From positions 49,442-113,441 of the forward strand of contig CAVRHD010000007.1 of the NCBI GenBank assembly GCA_963720965.1: 64,000 nt of DNA, in the 5' to 3' direction. The notes under the pieces are model-generated. The model saw nothing but the letters and a program-made list of their open reading frames with translations, did no database searches and had not been told where the DNA came from. This document shows positions 1-11,249 of this stretch, piece after piece; positions within the stretch are counted from its first letter, which is position 1, and each line of letters begins with the position of its first letter. The stretch comes from an uncultured Chloroflexia bacterium (GTDB taxonomy: Bacteria > Chloroflexota > Limnocylindria > Limnocylindrales > CSP1-4). The position numbers and the translations under genes are program-made.

Positions 1-2
1 TG

Positions 3-2678
3 CCCGACGGCGCTAGCCTTGTCGACCTCGGCGCCCACCGCCTGAAGGACATCGGCCGCCCCGAACACCTCTACCAGCTGGGCCATCCCGACCTGCCCTC
101 GAGCTACCCGCCGCTGATCACCGTCCACCAGGCAGGGACCGGGCTGCCGACCCGGGCTGCCGAGCTGATCGGGCGCCACGACATGCTGATCGACATTCGG
201 GATCGCCTGGTCGAGGGCGGCGTTCGACTGCTGACGCTCACCGGACCCGGCGGCAGCGGCAAGACCACGCTGGCGATCAAGATCGCCGAGGACCTCGCAG
301 CACGCTTCGAGGACGGCGCCTGCTTCGTCGACCTATCGGGCGCCCGTGACACCAATTCCGTGCTTGTCGCGATCGCCCGGACCGTGGGCCTGGGCGAGAT
401 TATCGACCGACCGCTGGAGGTCGAGCTGTTCGACTACCTCCGCGAGCGTCAGGTGCTGCTCGTGCTCGACAACTTCGAGCAAGTGACCGAGGCGGCCGGG
501 GTCGTCGCCCGACTCCTTGCCGAGTGTCCGCGGCTCACGGTCATCGCCACCAGCCGCGAGACCCTCCACGTCCGCGCCGAGCGGGTCTTTCCGGTCCTGC
601 CGCTGGGACTGCCACCGAGCGACCGGGCACAGACGACAGCCCGAGGGATCGCTCAGTCCGAGGCGGTCCAGCTTTTCGTCGACCGGGCCAGGATCGTCCG
701 ACCCAACTTCGAGCTGACCGATGAGAATGCGTCGGACGTGGCCGAGATCTGCCGCCGGCTGGACGGCCTGCCGCTGGCGATCGAGCTTGCGGCGGCCCAC
801 CTTCGGTTGTTCTCGGTCGAGGTCCTCCGGGACCGCCTGGGCAACCGCCTGGCCCTCCTGAAGAGTGGCCCGCGCGACCTCCCGGAGCGCCAGCAGACGC
901 TCCGGGCAACGATGGACTGGAGCTACGACCTGCTCGAGCCGGGCGAACAGCGCCTGTTCGAGCTGATGGCCGTCTTCGCCGGTGCCCTCGTCGCCGCGGT
1001 CGAAGCCGTCGCCGCCGGGTCAGGCGAGGCCGCCGGTCCGACGCTCGACGTCCTTGGCGGGCTGGCCGGGCTTGCCGAAAAGAGCCTCGTCCGCCTCGTC
1101 GATGGGGACGGCGGCGAGCCCCGGGTCGTCATGCTCGAGACGATTCGTGAGTTCGCAGCCGACCGGCTCGACGCCCAGCCCGAGATCGCGGCGCGCGCAC
1201 GTCGCGGACAGGCTGTCTACTTCGCCGAGTGGGCAGGCCGCGTGCGGGCCCAGCTGACCGGCGCTCGTCGCGAGATCGCCCTGACCGAGATGGGCGCCGA
1301 TGTCGGCAACCTCCGGCTGGCCTGGGCCTACTGGGTGGCAGAGCGCGATCTCGAGCGGCTCAGCCAGCTCGTGGACCCGCTCCTGATCCTTGATGACGCC
1401 CGGGGCTGGTACCTCGACACGGTTGGGCTGTCGCAGGACATGCTGTCCGTGCTTGCGGTCGTGCCCTCCTCGCCGGACCGGGTCGGCCAGGAGATTGCGC
1501 TGCGGGCTAACCTGGCGCGAGCGCTGATGACGGCGAAGGGCGTCACACCGGAAGTCGAGGCCGCCTTCGCCAGCGCGGTCGAGCTGTTCGAGAGGGGCGG
1601 CGACGTCCATCAGCAGTACGGCGTCCTGCGCGGGATGGCCAGCCTCTACCTGTTCCGGGCTCAATTCGATGAGTCCGCCAGGCTCGGCGGCGAAATCCTG
1701 GCCCTCGGCGAACGTGAGGGCAACGCCGGGATGCTGATCGACGGCCACCTTCTGATCGGCGTCCGGCAGATGTCCTTCGACGACCTCCACGGCGGTCTGG
1801 CGCACCTCGACCAGGCCATCGCCTTGTTCCCACCCGAACGGACCCGCCTGCTTGGCGGGCGGGTCGGCAACGACCCCCGGATTTCGTGCCTGACCACCTC
1901 GGGGATCACCCTGTGGCTCATGGGCTCGCTCGATCAGGCAGCCGGCCGAATGCACGCGGCCCTTGCCCTCGCGGCCGAGCTGGAGCACCCGTACTCGACG
2001 GCATACGCCCAGTTCCATGCCGGCCTGCTACGCCTGCTGATGCGCGACGGCGAGGGTGCACTCGATCTTGCGACCGAGCTGCTCGAGCTGTCGGGGGACC
2101 ACGAGTTCCGGATCTGGCTCGCGGCCGGCGGTTGCCTGCTGGGGGCCGCGCAAATCGAGCTCGGCCGGCTCGACGAGGGCCTGCACAGCCTCCACGACGG
2201 CATCGAGCGCTACCGGGAGCTTCGGTCTCCGCCGATCTTCTGGCCGTTCCTGCTATTCCTCAACGCTCGCGCCAGCCTCCGGGCGGGCGACCCAGCCGTC
2301 GGACTGGCTGCGGTCGAGTCGGCCATCGACTTCCTTAGCCAGGGCCAGGGCTCGTCCCTGCTGTCCGAGGTCGAGATCGTGAAGGGCGATCTGCTGGCTA
2401 CGGTGGCGGCCCGCGACGGGATGGACACCGCGCCGGCCGACGAGTGGTACGCCCATGCGCTCGACCGGGCTCTCCGGCTTGGTGCCCGCACCGCGCAACT
2501 CAGGGCGGCCTCGAGGCTGGCCCGAAGCCGCCAGGCCAGCGGCAACAGCAAGGCTGGGCTTGATCTCCTTCGTCCGGTCTATGACGCGTTCACCGAAGGC
2601 TTCTCGTTCCCGGATCTGGTCGAGGCGGAGGCCCTGCTGGCCAGCCTTGACATCGGCGAGGCAGCTCAGCCTGCCTGA
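3..2678 (+). CDS. Class III adenylate/guanylate cyclase (C-terminal end of catalytic domain) fused to AAA/NB-ARC (STAND) ATPase and TPR domain; 5' partial, continues upstream of window
   Basis: Frame 3 is open from nt 3 into the 183..2678 ORF. N-terminal 'LVDLGAHRLKDIGRPEHLYQL' is the conserved end of a class III cyclase domain. Walker A 'GPGGSGKTT', a 'LLVLDNFE' Walker-B-like box and long C-terminal TPR-like helical repeats follow. Same architecture as the three paralogs further along the window. Confidence 0.8.
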   Translation, partial: PDGASLVDLGAHRLKDIGRPEHLYQLGHPDLPSSYPPLITVHQAGTGLPTRAAELIGRHDMLIDIRDRLVEGGVRLLTLTGPGGSGKTTLAIKIAEDLAARFEDGACFVDLSGARDTNSVLVAIARTVGLGEIIDRPLEVELFDYLRERQVLLVLDNFEQVTEAAGVVARLLAECPRLTVIATSRETLHVRAERVFPVLPLGLPPSDRAQTTARGIAQSEAVQLFVDRARIVRPNFELTDENASDVAEICRRLDGLPLAIELAAAHLRLFSVEVLRDRLGNRLALLKSGPRDLPERQQTLRATMDWSYDLLEPGEQRLFELMAVFAGALVAAVEAVAAGSGEAAGPTLDVLGGLAGLAEKSLVRLVDGDGGEPRVVMLETIREFAADRLDAQPEIAARARRGQAVYFAEWAGRVRAQLTGARREIALTEMGADVGNLRLAWAYWVAERDLERLSQLVDPLLILDDARGWYLDTVGLSQDMLSVLAVVPSSPDRVGQEIALRANLARALMTAKGVTPEVEAAFASAVELFERGGDVHQQYGVLRGMASLYLFRAQFDESARLGGEILALGEREGNAGMLIDGHLLIGVRQMSFDDLHGGLAHLDQAIALFPPERTRLLGGRVGNDPRISCLTTSGITLWLMGSLDQAAGRMHAALALAAELEHPYSTAYAQFHAGLLRLLMRDGEGALDLATELLELSGDHEFRIWLAAGGCLLGAAQIELGRLDEGLHSLHDGIERYRELRSPPIFWPFLLFLNARASLRAGDPAVGLAAVESAIDFLSQGQGSSLLSEVEIVKGDLLATVAARDGMDTAPADEWYAHALDRALRLGARTAQLRAASRLARSRQASGNSKAGLDLLRPVYDAFTEGFSFPDLVEAEALLASLDIGEAAQPA

Positions 2679-2707
2679 CCGGCATCCCGGGCCGCCGACG
2701 TCGACTG

Positions 2708-3823
2708 TTAGCTGGCGTTCGCGGCCTCGACCTCTGCCGTGGCGATCAGGGCGGTCGCCGGAGCGCTGGTCGCATCCTGTGTCACCGGGACGTCCCGGTC
2801 CTGCAGGCGTTCAAGGATCGCCTCGGTCGCAGCCACGACTGGCACCGCGACCAACGCCCCGATCAGGCCGCCGAGGGCAGCCCCGATCAACAGGCTCACG
2901 GTCAGGAGGAACGGCGATACGCCCACGGCGTTGCGCATCACGATCGGTACGAGGACGTTGCTCTCGACGAGCTGGATGATCACGTAGGCGACGAGCACGA
3001 CAACGATCAGGTCGGGTCGGAACGCGGCCGCGACGATCAGCGCTGGTGCCACCCCGATCGCCGGACCGACGAGCGGGATCACCTCGGCCAGGGCGGCGAT
3101 CAAGCCAAGGAGCGGCGCCGCGGGCAGGCCCATGATCGTGTAGGAGACCCCGGTGGCTACCCCGAGGGCTGCCATCAGGATGAGCTGTCCGCGCACCCAG
3201 GCGCCCAATCGGAGCTCGACGATGTTCCATCCTTCGCGGACGCCGGATCGGCGCGCGGGTGGGAGGTAGCTCAGGGCAAAGCGCTGGATCCGCTGACGCT
3301 CGGTCAGCCAGAAGAACACCAGGGCCAGGATGGTCGTGGCGGAGAAGACGACATCGGCCACGGTCAACCCGGCGTTGACCAGGATCCCCGACTCACCGAC
3401 CTGCCCGCTTTCGACCAGGCCCTGGGCAGATGTGACGAAGCTGCCGACGCTAGCCGCGAGCTCGTGCGGGCGGAGTCCTGCGCTCCATTCCTTCAGTCGA
3501 ACGAAGACAGCCGGAACCTGGTCGGCGATCCTGGTGGCCTGGTCAACCAGGAGCGGTACGACGATGAATGCGCCGATGACGACCGCCGCGAAGAAGCTCG
3601 CATAGACCAGCAGGATCGCGACCTTTCGCCCCACGGGCAGGCCGTTCCGGATGCGGTCCACCAGCGGGCTCAACGCGGATCCGAGGAGGACGGCCAGGAA
3701 TACGAGCAGCATCACCTTGGCCGCACCGACGGCGGCTTCGGCGACCACGACAACAACGAGGGCTCCCGCAGCGAACCCGATCCCACGAGGGAACCAGGCC
3801 GAGGCCTCGGCTCGATTGCTCAA
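2708..3823 (-). CDS. AI-2E family transporter (PerM/TqsA-like, UPF0118)
   Basis: Multi-TM protein; motif 'GAAKVMLLVFLAVLLGSALSPLVDRIRNGLP' aligns with the AI-2E TM1-TM2 region. The ORF runs to 4108 but the first 90 codons are a low-complexity R/D-rich stretch; a TTG at 3823 just before TM1 is the more likely start. Start uncertain. Confidence 0.65.
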   Translation of the reverse strand: MSNRAEASAWFPRGIGFAAGALVVVVVAEAAVGAAKVMLLVFLAVLLGSALSPLVDRIRNGLPVGRKVAILLVYASFFAAVVIGAFIVVPLLVDQATRIADQVPAVFVRLKEWSAGLRPHELAASVGSFVTSAQGLVESGQVGESGILVNAGLTVADVVFSATTILALVFFWLTERQRIQRFALSYLPPARRSGVREGWNIVELRLGAWVRGQLILMAALGVATGVSYTIMGLPAAPLLGLIAALAEVIPLVGPAIGVAPALIVAAAFRPDLIVVVLVAYVIIQLVESNVLVPIVMRNAVGVSPFLLTVSLLIGAALGGLIGALVAVPVVAATEAILERLQDRDVPVTQDATSAPATALIATAEVEAANAS

Positions 3824-3840
3824 TCGTCGGACCCGCGGCC

Positions 3841-3927
3841 CTAGATCCTGACCACGCCGAGGACGAGGAGGACGATCACGACGATCACGATCACGCCGAC
3901 GATCCCGACTCCACCATTGGTCGACAT
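3841..3927 (-). CDS. 28-aa hydrophobic micro-protein (single TM helix) immediately upstream of the AI-2E transporter
   Basis: ATG preceded by a consensus RBS (GGAAGGAGcaagaATG). Encodes MSTNGGVGIVGVIVIVVIVLLVLGVVRI. Stop lies 18 nt before the putative AI-2E start. Confidence 0.45.
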   Translation of the reverse strand: MSTNGGVGIVGVIVIVVIVLLVLGVVRI

Positions 3928-4210
3928 TCTTGCTCCTTCCGGTGCATGGCTCGGACAAGCGCTTCCTGTCCCCGTTGCACACATTCGCTTCAACGCCATT
4001 GGCGACACCGAACCAGGCGGCCCGAATCCATTGCAGCGATGAGACAAGTTGCGGACTTCGAGGCCCGATCTCGAGGCCGCCAGCTCGTGGGTCGGACCGG
4101 ATCGTCATGTCCCCGAAATGAGAATCGGCCGGCCGCCGTCACTCCTGCGAGGCCGGCGGCGAGACCGTTGGCCTCCAAACCCTGAACAGACCGAGCAAGG
4201 AGGTTTCGTG

Positions 4211-4417
4211 ATGGCCGAGCTGACGACGAAGAAGCGGAACGCGGAGCCCAAGTCCGACTTCGGGCTACCCGATGTGCGCAAGTACCCGATGCCCGACGAG
4301 TCACACGCCCGGAACGCCAAGGCCAGAGCCTCCCAGCAGGTGCACGAAGGCAACCTGTCCAAGGCCGACGAGAAGAAGATCGACAGGAAGGCCGACGAAA
4401 TCCTGGACCAGAGCTAG
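4211..4417 (+). CDS. Small lysine-rich conserved hypothetical protein (68 aa)
   Basis: ATG at 4211 with RBS AAGGAGG 9 nt upstream. Protein MAELTTKKRNAEPKSDFGLPDVRKYPMPDESHARNAKARASQ... resembles a small-protein family with a PD..HARNA.ARASQ motif; I cannot name the family with confidence. Confidence 0.55.
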   Translation: MAELTTKKRNAEPKSDFGLPDVRKYPMPDESHARNAKARASQQVHEGNLSKADEKKIDRKADEILDQS

Positions 4418-4500
4418 GAGCGCCAACCGGCCGTGCATTGCGATTGCTAGAATCGGGGCCCAGAGGCGGGAGCCACCCAATTGGCGGAGCAGGAGCCCTG

Positions 4501-6165
4501 ATGGCGATCGACCATTCAGCGTCCGCCGCCGACAAGGACGACGCCAGTCGATGGTGGCAGGACGGGGTCGTCTACCAGGTGTACCCGCGGAGCTTCGCCG
4601 ACTCGAACGGCGATGGGGTCGGTGATCTGCCGGGGCTGATCGACCACCTGGACCACCTCGCCGGCGGACCGAGCTCGCTCGGCATCGACGCCATCTGGCT
4701 TTCGCCGATCTACCCGTCGCCCATGCTCGACGGCGGCTATGACGTCACCGATTACACGGCGGTCGATCCTGTCTTCGGTACGCTGGCCGACCTTGACCGG
4801 CTGATCCAGGAATGCCATCGCCGGGGTATCCGGCTGATCCTCGACCTGGTGATGAATCACACCAGCAGCCTGCATCCGTGGTTCAGCCAGTCGCGTCGGT
4901 CGAGGACCGGGCCATTCGCCGACTTCTATCTGTGGCGGGATCCGTCTGGGTGGGACCAGGATGGTCGGCCGGAGCCGCCGAACAACTGGCTGTCATGGTT
5001 CGGAGGGTCGGCCTGGGAGTGGGAGCCCCTGCGAAAGCAGTTCTACCTCCACACGTTCCTGCCCGAGCAGCCCGACGTGAATTGGCGGTCCCCCGCTCTG
5101 CGCACGTCCATGTGGTCGATGGTCCGGGGCTGGCTCGACCGCGGCGTCGATGGGTTCCGGCTCGACGTGTTCAATGCGTTCCTCAAGGCGGCGGAGATGC
5201 CATCGAACCCCGAGGTCGCGACCGGCGGTTCGATCCCCTGGGACAGCCAGGAGCATCGCTACGACAAGGACCAGCCCGATCTGCACGATCTCCTGGCCGA
5301 GCTCCGAGGCATCGTCGACTCGCGGCCAGGCACCGCCACGGTCGGCGAGCTGTTCACGAGCGGGATCGAGACCGCCGTCTCGTTTTGGGCACCGCGTCAC
5401 CTCGTGTTCGACTGGGTCCTCCTCGAGACCACCTGGTCGGCGGCGTCCTTCCGCGCGGCGATCGCTGCCCGCGAGGCGGCCTGGTCCGATCGCTGGCCGG
5501 CGATCGCGTTGTCCAACCATGATCACTCCCGACACGTCTCGCGCTATCTGGACACGCTCGGTCGTCGCGATCCAGCGACAGCAGATGCCGTCGCGAAGGC
5601 CGCCGCGACGATCGAGCTGACGCTCCGGGGCACGCCCTTCCTCTACTACGGCGAGGAGATCGGCGCCCAGGACATCGCGGTGCCCCGTGCGGGCGCCCGG
5701 GATCGGGCGGCAGTGCGCATGCCCGACTGGTGGAACCGCGATGGCTGCCGCGCGCCGATGGCCTGGTCCGGCGACACGAACGCCGGCTTCACGGGCGGCT
5801 TGCCATGGTTGCCGGTTCCACCCGATGCGGCGTCGCGGAACGTCGAGCGCCAGCGGGCGTCGCACAGCTCCGTCCTGGCCCACTACCGGCGGCTCCTGGC
5901 GCTTCGGCGAGGGACTGCCGCACTTCGGACCGGTGAGCTCGCCCTGGTCGACGTGGGCGACCCCGACGTCCTCGCCTATCTCCGCCGGTCAGGCGACGAG
6001 GTCGCCCTGGTGGTGGTCCGCTTTGGTCTTCGAGGTGGCGAGATCGAGCTACCCTCCGCCGCCGGTCCGTGGCGGGTCGCGCTCTCAAGCCACGACCTGG
6101 CCACGCCAACGGTCGGGTCGCGCGTGCCGCTGCGACCGCTCGAGGCGATCGTCCTGCTGTCCTGA
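4501..6165 (+). CDS. Alpha-glucosidase / oligo-1,6-glucosidase (GH13)
   Basis: Classical GH13 motifs: '[26 protein letters not shown]', '[11 protein letters not shown]', 'GGYDVTDY', '[14 protein letters not shown]', 'GFRLDV'. ATG at 4501 with a GGAGCAGGAG upstream; the ORF-track start at 4438 is in the same frame. Confidence 0.85.
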   Translation: MAIDHSASAADKDDASRWWQDGVVYQVYPRSFADSNGDGVGDLPGLIDHLDHLAGGPSSLGIDAIWLSPIYPSPMLDGGYDVTDYTAVDPVFGTLADLDRLIQECHRRGIRLILDLVMNHTSSLHPWFSQSRRSRTGPFADFYLWRDPSGWDQDGRPEPPNNWLSWFGGSAWEWEPLRKQFYLHTFLPEQPDVNWRSPALRTSMWSMVRGWLDRGVDGFRLDVFNAFLKAAEMPSNPEVATGGSIPWDSQEHRYDKDQPDLHDLLAELRGIVDSRPGTATVGELFTSGIETAVSFWAPRHLVFDWVLLETTWSAASFRAAIAAREAAWSDRWPAIALSNHDHSRHVSRYLDTLGRRDPATADAVAKAAATIELTLRGTPFLYYGEEIGAQDIAVPRAGARDRAAVRMPDWWNRDGCRAPMAWSGDTNAGFTGGLPWLPVPPDAASRNVERQRASHSSVLAHYRRLLALRRGTAALRTGELALVDVGDPDVLAYLRRSGDEVALVVVRFGLRGGEIELPSAAGPWRVALSSHDLATPTVGSRVPLRPLEAIVLLS

Positions 6166-6181
6166 GCCGTACGATGCACGG

Positions 6182-7549
6182 GTGAGCCTGCCGACCTTCG
6201 AGACCGACCCTGTCCGGCTCGCCAGCCCGTTCCCGGCCGACTTCGCCTGGGGCTTCGCCGCCTCCGCCTACCAGATCGAGGGTGGTGCGGCGGAGGACGG
6301 CCGCGGACCATCGATCTGGGACACCTTCGCCCGCCGGCCGGGTGCGATCGCCGATGGCAGCTCGGGCGACGTCGCCTGCGACCACTATCACCGCTACCCG
6401 GACGACATCCAGCTGATGGCCGAGCTGGGGGCCCGCGCCTATCGCTTCAGCATCAGCTGGTCGCGGGTCCTGCCCACCGGGACGGGGGCCATCAACCAGC
6501 GCGGCCTGGATTTCTACGAGCGCCTCGTCGACGCCCTGCTCGGACGCGGGCGTCCAGCCGCTGATCAATCTCTTCCATTGGGACCTGCCCCAGGCGTTAC
6601 AGGACCGCGGGGGCTTCGCCAACCCGGAGGTCGTGGGCTGGTTCACCGACTATGCCGCACCTGCTCGCGTCGAAGCTGGGCGACCGGGTCAAGGATTGGA
6701 TGACGTTCAACGAGCCGGCCGTGTTCGCCTTCCTCGGCCATGCCGACGGCATTCACGCGCCGGGGCTGCGCGACTGGCCGACGGCGATCCGTGTCGCCGA
6801 CAACGAATTGCGCGCTCACGCCAGCGCCGTCCAGGCGATCCGCGCCCAGGTCGGACGTCGCCAGGATCGGGCTGGCGATGGACGTCAACCAGGTCGCGCC
6901 GGCGACGGATTCCGAGCGGGATCGAGTCGCCGCCGACCAGTGGAGCTCGGCCCGCGACGCGTGGTTCCTCGATCCACTCTTCGGTCGTGGCTACCCGGCG
7001 CTCGGGCTCGCGGCTCATCGCGAGGCTGGTCACCTCGAAGGCGTCGACCTCGCCGAGCCGCCGGCCGGCGATCTCGACTACCTGGGCCTGAACTACTACC
7101 GGCGCGACTCGGTCAGCAGCAGGTCGGACCGACCATTCGACTGGGAGATCGGCGCCCAGCCCGGCTCGGAGCAGACCCAGATGGGCTGGCATGTCGCGCC
7201 CGATGGCCTGCGCGACGTGTTGATCGAGCTCAACCGGACGTACGCTCCGGCGGAGATCGTGATCACCGAGAACGGCGCGGCATATCCCGATGTCGTCGAT
7301 CCGGACGGCCGGGTGCGCGACGAGGCCCGCCTTGGCTACCTGGCCCGCCATGTCGCGGCGGCAGCCGAGGCGCTTCGCGCGGGCGTGCCGCTGACCGGCT
7401 ACTACGTCTGGTCGCTCCTCGACAACTACGAGTGGAGCCTCGGCTATACCCGGCGGTTCGGCCTGGTCCACGTCGACTTCGCCAGCCAGCGGCGCACCCC
7501 GAAGGACAGCGCCCGCTGGTATCAGCGACTCATGGCCGGGAGCGAATGA
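6182..7549 (+). pseudogene. Beta-glucosidase (GH1), interrupted by three single-base frameshifts (~6547, ~6657, ~6850)
   Basis: GH1 hallmarks split over three frames: '[19 protein letters not shown]', '[29 protein letters not shown]', '[10 protein letters not shown]', 'TFNEP', 'ITENGAAY', 'YYVWSLLDNYEWSLGYTRRFGLVHVD'. Each break is a 1-nt indel in a G/C run, e.g. 'ctcggacgcggg' where 'ctcgacgcgggc' gives LLDAGVQPL. Confidence 0.8.
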
Positions 7550-9090
7550 CCGCGCGGATACAGGCCGGCGATGTCCACCGGCAAGCGGCCGACGAAGGGC
7601 GCCTCGCCCAGCAGCGCGGCCGCCAGCGCCTCCATCGTCGGTGGCAGGATGCCGTAGCTGCAGACATGGCTTCGAGCTGACGGGTACGCGAGCAGGTCCC
7701 ACGGCGTGCGCAGGGCGACGGTGACGGTCGGCCGGCCGGACGCGAGGACCGCCGCGGCGAGGCCGGCCTGCGCCGCCTGGAGGTGCGCGGAGTATCGTCC
7801 CGACCACGACGAGGTCGAAGGTCGCGAGCCGCTCGCCAAGGCCGCCAAGGTCAGCCTCCCGGAGCTCCGCCGGCAGGAGGATCTCCTCGACGCCCGCGAG
7901 CCGGCGCCGGAGCGCCGCCGCCAGCGTCGGCGGCACCGTGGAGGACGTATCGGCCGGGGTGAGGTCGGCGGGCATCGACTGGACGACGGCGACCCGCGCG
8001 TCGGCGGCGAGCTTCAACGGCAGCAGTCGGTCGTCGTTGCGGACGAGCGTGATCGAACGCTGGGCCAGCTCGGCGGCGAGGGCCTGGTGCTCGGCGCAGC
8101 CGACGACGTCGAGCGCTGGCTGCTCGAAGCGTCCGATCCAGCGACGCAGGTCGCCCAGCCTGCGCCTCGCCGCGGCGTCCTCATCAGGCTCGATCAGGCC
8201 TCGCCAGTGCGCCTGCGCGAGGCCCTCCGCCAGCCGTTCCAGGGCGGGCTCGTCGGCGGTTCCGAGGAGCACGTCCTCGCCGGCCCGGAGGGCCACGACC
8301 GCATCGACGATCTGGGCCGATCCCTGGGCCAGGGCCCTCATGTCCAGGGCGTCGCTGACGGTCACGCCAGCGAACTGGAGCTGCCCGCGCAGCAGGTCGC
8401 GCAGCACCGCCGCGGACAGGCTGCTCGGCAGGTCGTCGTTCTGGCCGGGCAGCACGACGTGGCCGGCCATGACCATCCGCGCGCCCGCTGCCAATGCCGC
8501 TCGAAACGGGACCAGCTCCCGCTCAGCCAACTCGGCATTCGTCCGCCGGACGAGCGGCAGCTCGTGGTGGGGATCGGCGGTGGTGTCGCCGGCTCCCGGG
8601 AAGTGCTTGGCCGTCGCGGCCACGCCCTCGCGTTGGAGGCCCCGGACGGTCGCCGCCGCGAGCCGTCCGACCGCCTCGGGATCGTCGCCAAAGCTGCGGA
8701 TCCCGAGGGCCGGATTGGCCGGGTTGTTGGCAACGTCGCACACCGGCGCGTAGTTCACGTTGACCCCGAGCGCACGCAGCTCGCGCGCCGTCGCGCCGGC
8801 GACGCGCTCGGCCAGCTCCTCGTCGCCGGTCGCGCCAAGCGCCATCGCGCCGGCGAACTGGGTCGTCGCCGTCGCCCAGGCCGATCAGCTGGCCGCCCTC
8901 CTGGTCGGCGGCAATCGAGCAACGCTGGTGCCCCGGCCGGACGGGCCTCCTGGATGGCCGCCGTCAGCGTCCTGATCTGGGGCGGGTCAACGATGTTGTG
9001 GGCGCGGAAGAGCGTCACACCCGCGACTCCGTCCTCGTGGATCCTCTTCGCCGCCGAACGCGGCAGCTCGCTGCCGGCGAAGGCGATCAT
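7522..9090 (-). pseudogene. nagZ: GH3 beta-N-acetylhexosaminidase (NagZ-like), frameshifted at ~8905 and ~7850; 3' end overlaps the GH1 gene convergently
   Basis: N-terminus 'MIAFAGSELPRSAAKRIHEDGVAGVTLFRAHNIVDPPQIRTLTAAIQEA', then after a 1-nt indel 'LLIAADQEGGQ...MALGATGD...KHFPGAGDTTADPHHELP...', and C-terminus 'VALRTPWDLLAYP...VCSYGILPPTMEALAAALLGEAPFVGRLPV' in a third frame. Confidence 0.75.
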
Positions 9091-9104
9091 GAGCCGAGCC
9101 AGGG

Positions 9105-10007
9105 TCACGACTTGACGGAGCCGGCCAGGATCCCTCTCACGAATGCCCGCTGGAGGACGATGAAGACGAGCAGGGGCAGGGCCATCGTGACGAACGCGCC
9201 CGCGGTCAGGAGCTGCCACTGCCCACCGCGGCTTCCGAGCAGGGCATACAGGGCCGTGGGCATGACCCGAAGGTCGTTGGATGGACCCAGGAACACCAGC
9301 GCGACAAGCAGGTCGTTCCAGACCCACAGGAACTGGAAGATGGCAAACGCACCCAGGGCCGGAATCGACAGCGGGAGGACGATTCGGGTGAAGGCCTGGA
9401 GGTGCGACGCGCCGTCGATCGCGGCCAATTCGAACAGGTCGCGGGGCAGCTGCGAGATGAAGTTATAGAGCAGGAAGATCGCCAATGGCAGGCCGAACCC
9501 CGTGTGGGCCAGCCAGATGCCGAGGAACGTGCCGTACAGCCCTGCGCCGCTGTACAGCTTCAGGACCGGGATCAGCGACATCTGGATGGGCACGACGAGC
9601 AGCCCCACCACGATCGTGAACAGGATGGCCCGGCCCCGGAACGGGATCCAGGCGAACGCGTACGCAGCGAACGCGGCGATCGTGATCGGGATGACGGTCG
9701 CCGGGATGGTCACGATCAGGCTGTTCAGGAAGGCGGGGGCCATGCCCCCGCTGGTCAGGACCTCCTGGTAGTTCGCCAAGGTCCACTGGCCGGCTGCCAG
9801 GGGGTTGAGCAGCGACGTCCACCAGCCGGTGCTGCTGATCAGGTCCGGGTTGCGCACCGACGTGACCAGCAGGCCCAGGGTGGGGATGGTCCACAGGAAG
9901 CAGATCACGAGGACCGCCAGTCGCAACGGCAGGCTGCGCAGGAGCGCCGGGCGCCACGACGAGACGGGCGCCACGTCCCGGCTGGCTGGTTGCGCCTGCC
10001 CGGTCAT
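9105..10007 (-). CDS. Carbohydrate ABC transporter permease (MalG/UgpE-like)
   Basis: Intact 300-aa 6-TM permease with an EAA-like loop; start overlaps the upstream permease stop (ATGA-type coupling). Confidence 0.8.
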   Translation of the reverse strand: MTGQAQPASRDVAPVSSWRPALLRSLPLRLAVLVICFLWTIPTLGLLVTSVRNPDLISSTGWWTSLLNPLAAGQWTLANYQEVLTSGGMAPAFLNSLIVTIPATVIPITIAAFAAYAFAWIPFRGRAILFTIVVGLLVVPIQMSLIPVLKLYSGAGLYGTFLGIWLAHTGFGLPLAIFLLYNFISQLPRDLFELAAIDGASHLQAFTRIVLPLSIPALGAFAIFQFLWVWNDLLVALVFLGPSNDLRVMPTALYALLGSRGGQWQLLTAGAFVTMALPLLVFIVLQRAFVRGILAGSVKS

Positions 10008-11171
10008 CGCTGGGCCTGCTGTTGGCGGAAGTTGCGGAGGTTGAAGTACATGATCGGCAGGACCCCGATGAAGAGCAGCGTGGCCAGTGCCGCGGCCCGG
10101 CCGTCGTTGAAGAACTGGAACATCTCGTGGAACATCCGGTTGGCCACGACGTCATCGCCGAAGCGGCCGCCCGTCGTCACGTACACGATGTCGAAGACCT
10201 TGAGCGTGACGATGGCGATCGTCGTGGCGACCGTGACGATCGAGCCGCGGATCAGCGGCACGACGATCCCGAAGAACAGCTGGCGCTCGTTGGCGCCGTC
10301 GAGCCGGGCGGCCTCGATCAGGTCCGTTGAGACGCCCTTGATGGCGGCCGACAGGACGACCATCGCGAAGCCCGTCTGGAGCCAGATCATGATCACGATC
10401 TCGGCAAAGACGTTGAGCGGATTGGTCGTGAAGAACGGGATCGCCTGGCCGCCGAACCCGACGACGATCGCGTTCAGGAGCCCGATCTGGGGCTGGCCGG
10501 CCGGCTCCCAGGCATACATGAAGCCCCAGATCACGGAGGCGCCGATGAGCGAGATCGCCACCGGCATGAAGATGAACGTCTTGGCCAGGGACTCGCGCCG
10601 GATCCGATCGAACAGGCCGGCGATCACCAGGCCAAGGACCACGCTGCCGGCCGTGGCGACGAGCAGCCAGATGAGGTTGTTGCCCAGGGTCGAGATGAAG
10701 TCGGGAGTCGTCATCACGGCGTAGTTGTCGAGGGTGAGCGCTCCCTTGTCATTGAAGAAGCTGCGCGCGAACGTGGCCAGCCCGGGATAGAGCAGGTAGG
10801 TCGCCAGGAAGACGAGCGCCGGGCCGACGAAGACCCAGGGCAGGATCCGGTCCCGCCAGACCGGCCGGAGCATGCTGACCAGGCCGCCGACGCCCGAGGA
10901 ACAGCAGCCAGATCCCGCCGACGCCCACGCCCAGGGCGATCACGGCCAGGAGGATCCGGGCGATCACCACGTCGCCGCTGCCGTTGCGCAGGTCGTTCGC
11001 GCCGGAGCTGTTGCCCAGCGCGTCGTAGATCGAGGCGAGCAGGTTCTGCGCGCCGTGATGGTCGATCAGGACGAGGATGCCGCCCACGCACAGGCCGAGC
11101 GCGACCAGGCCCAGGATCGGCAGGATGAACCGAGACGGCGGCGGGTTTCCGATGCGCGGGCCTGCTGCCAA
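10004..11171 (-). pseudogene. Carbohydrate ABC transporter permease (MalF/UgpA-like), one frameshift near 10880
   Basis: N-terminal TM region in the 10749..11171 frame (TTG start with GGAGGGAG RBS), joined to the 10004..10873 frame by a 1-nt indel in 'cggcggcctgg'. The C-terminal part carries the EAA loop 'IEAARLDGANERQ'. Confidence 0.75.
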
Positions 11172-11249
11172 CTCCCTCCTCCTCTCCGATTCGTGATGGT
11201 AGCGGGGCGCCTACCCGGTTGGGCAGGCGCCTCGCGAGCTAGCCGACGA

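Noticed and set aside
6707-7521. 3' part of the 712-aa minus-strand ORF
   Set aside because: GH3 homology ends at ~7850 and resumes in another frame ending at 7522; the stretch 6707-7521 is antisense to the GH1 gene.
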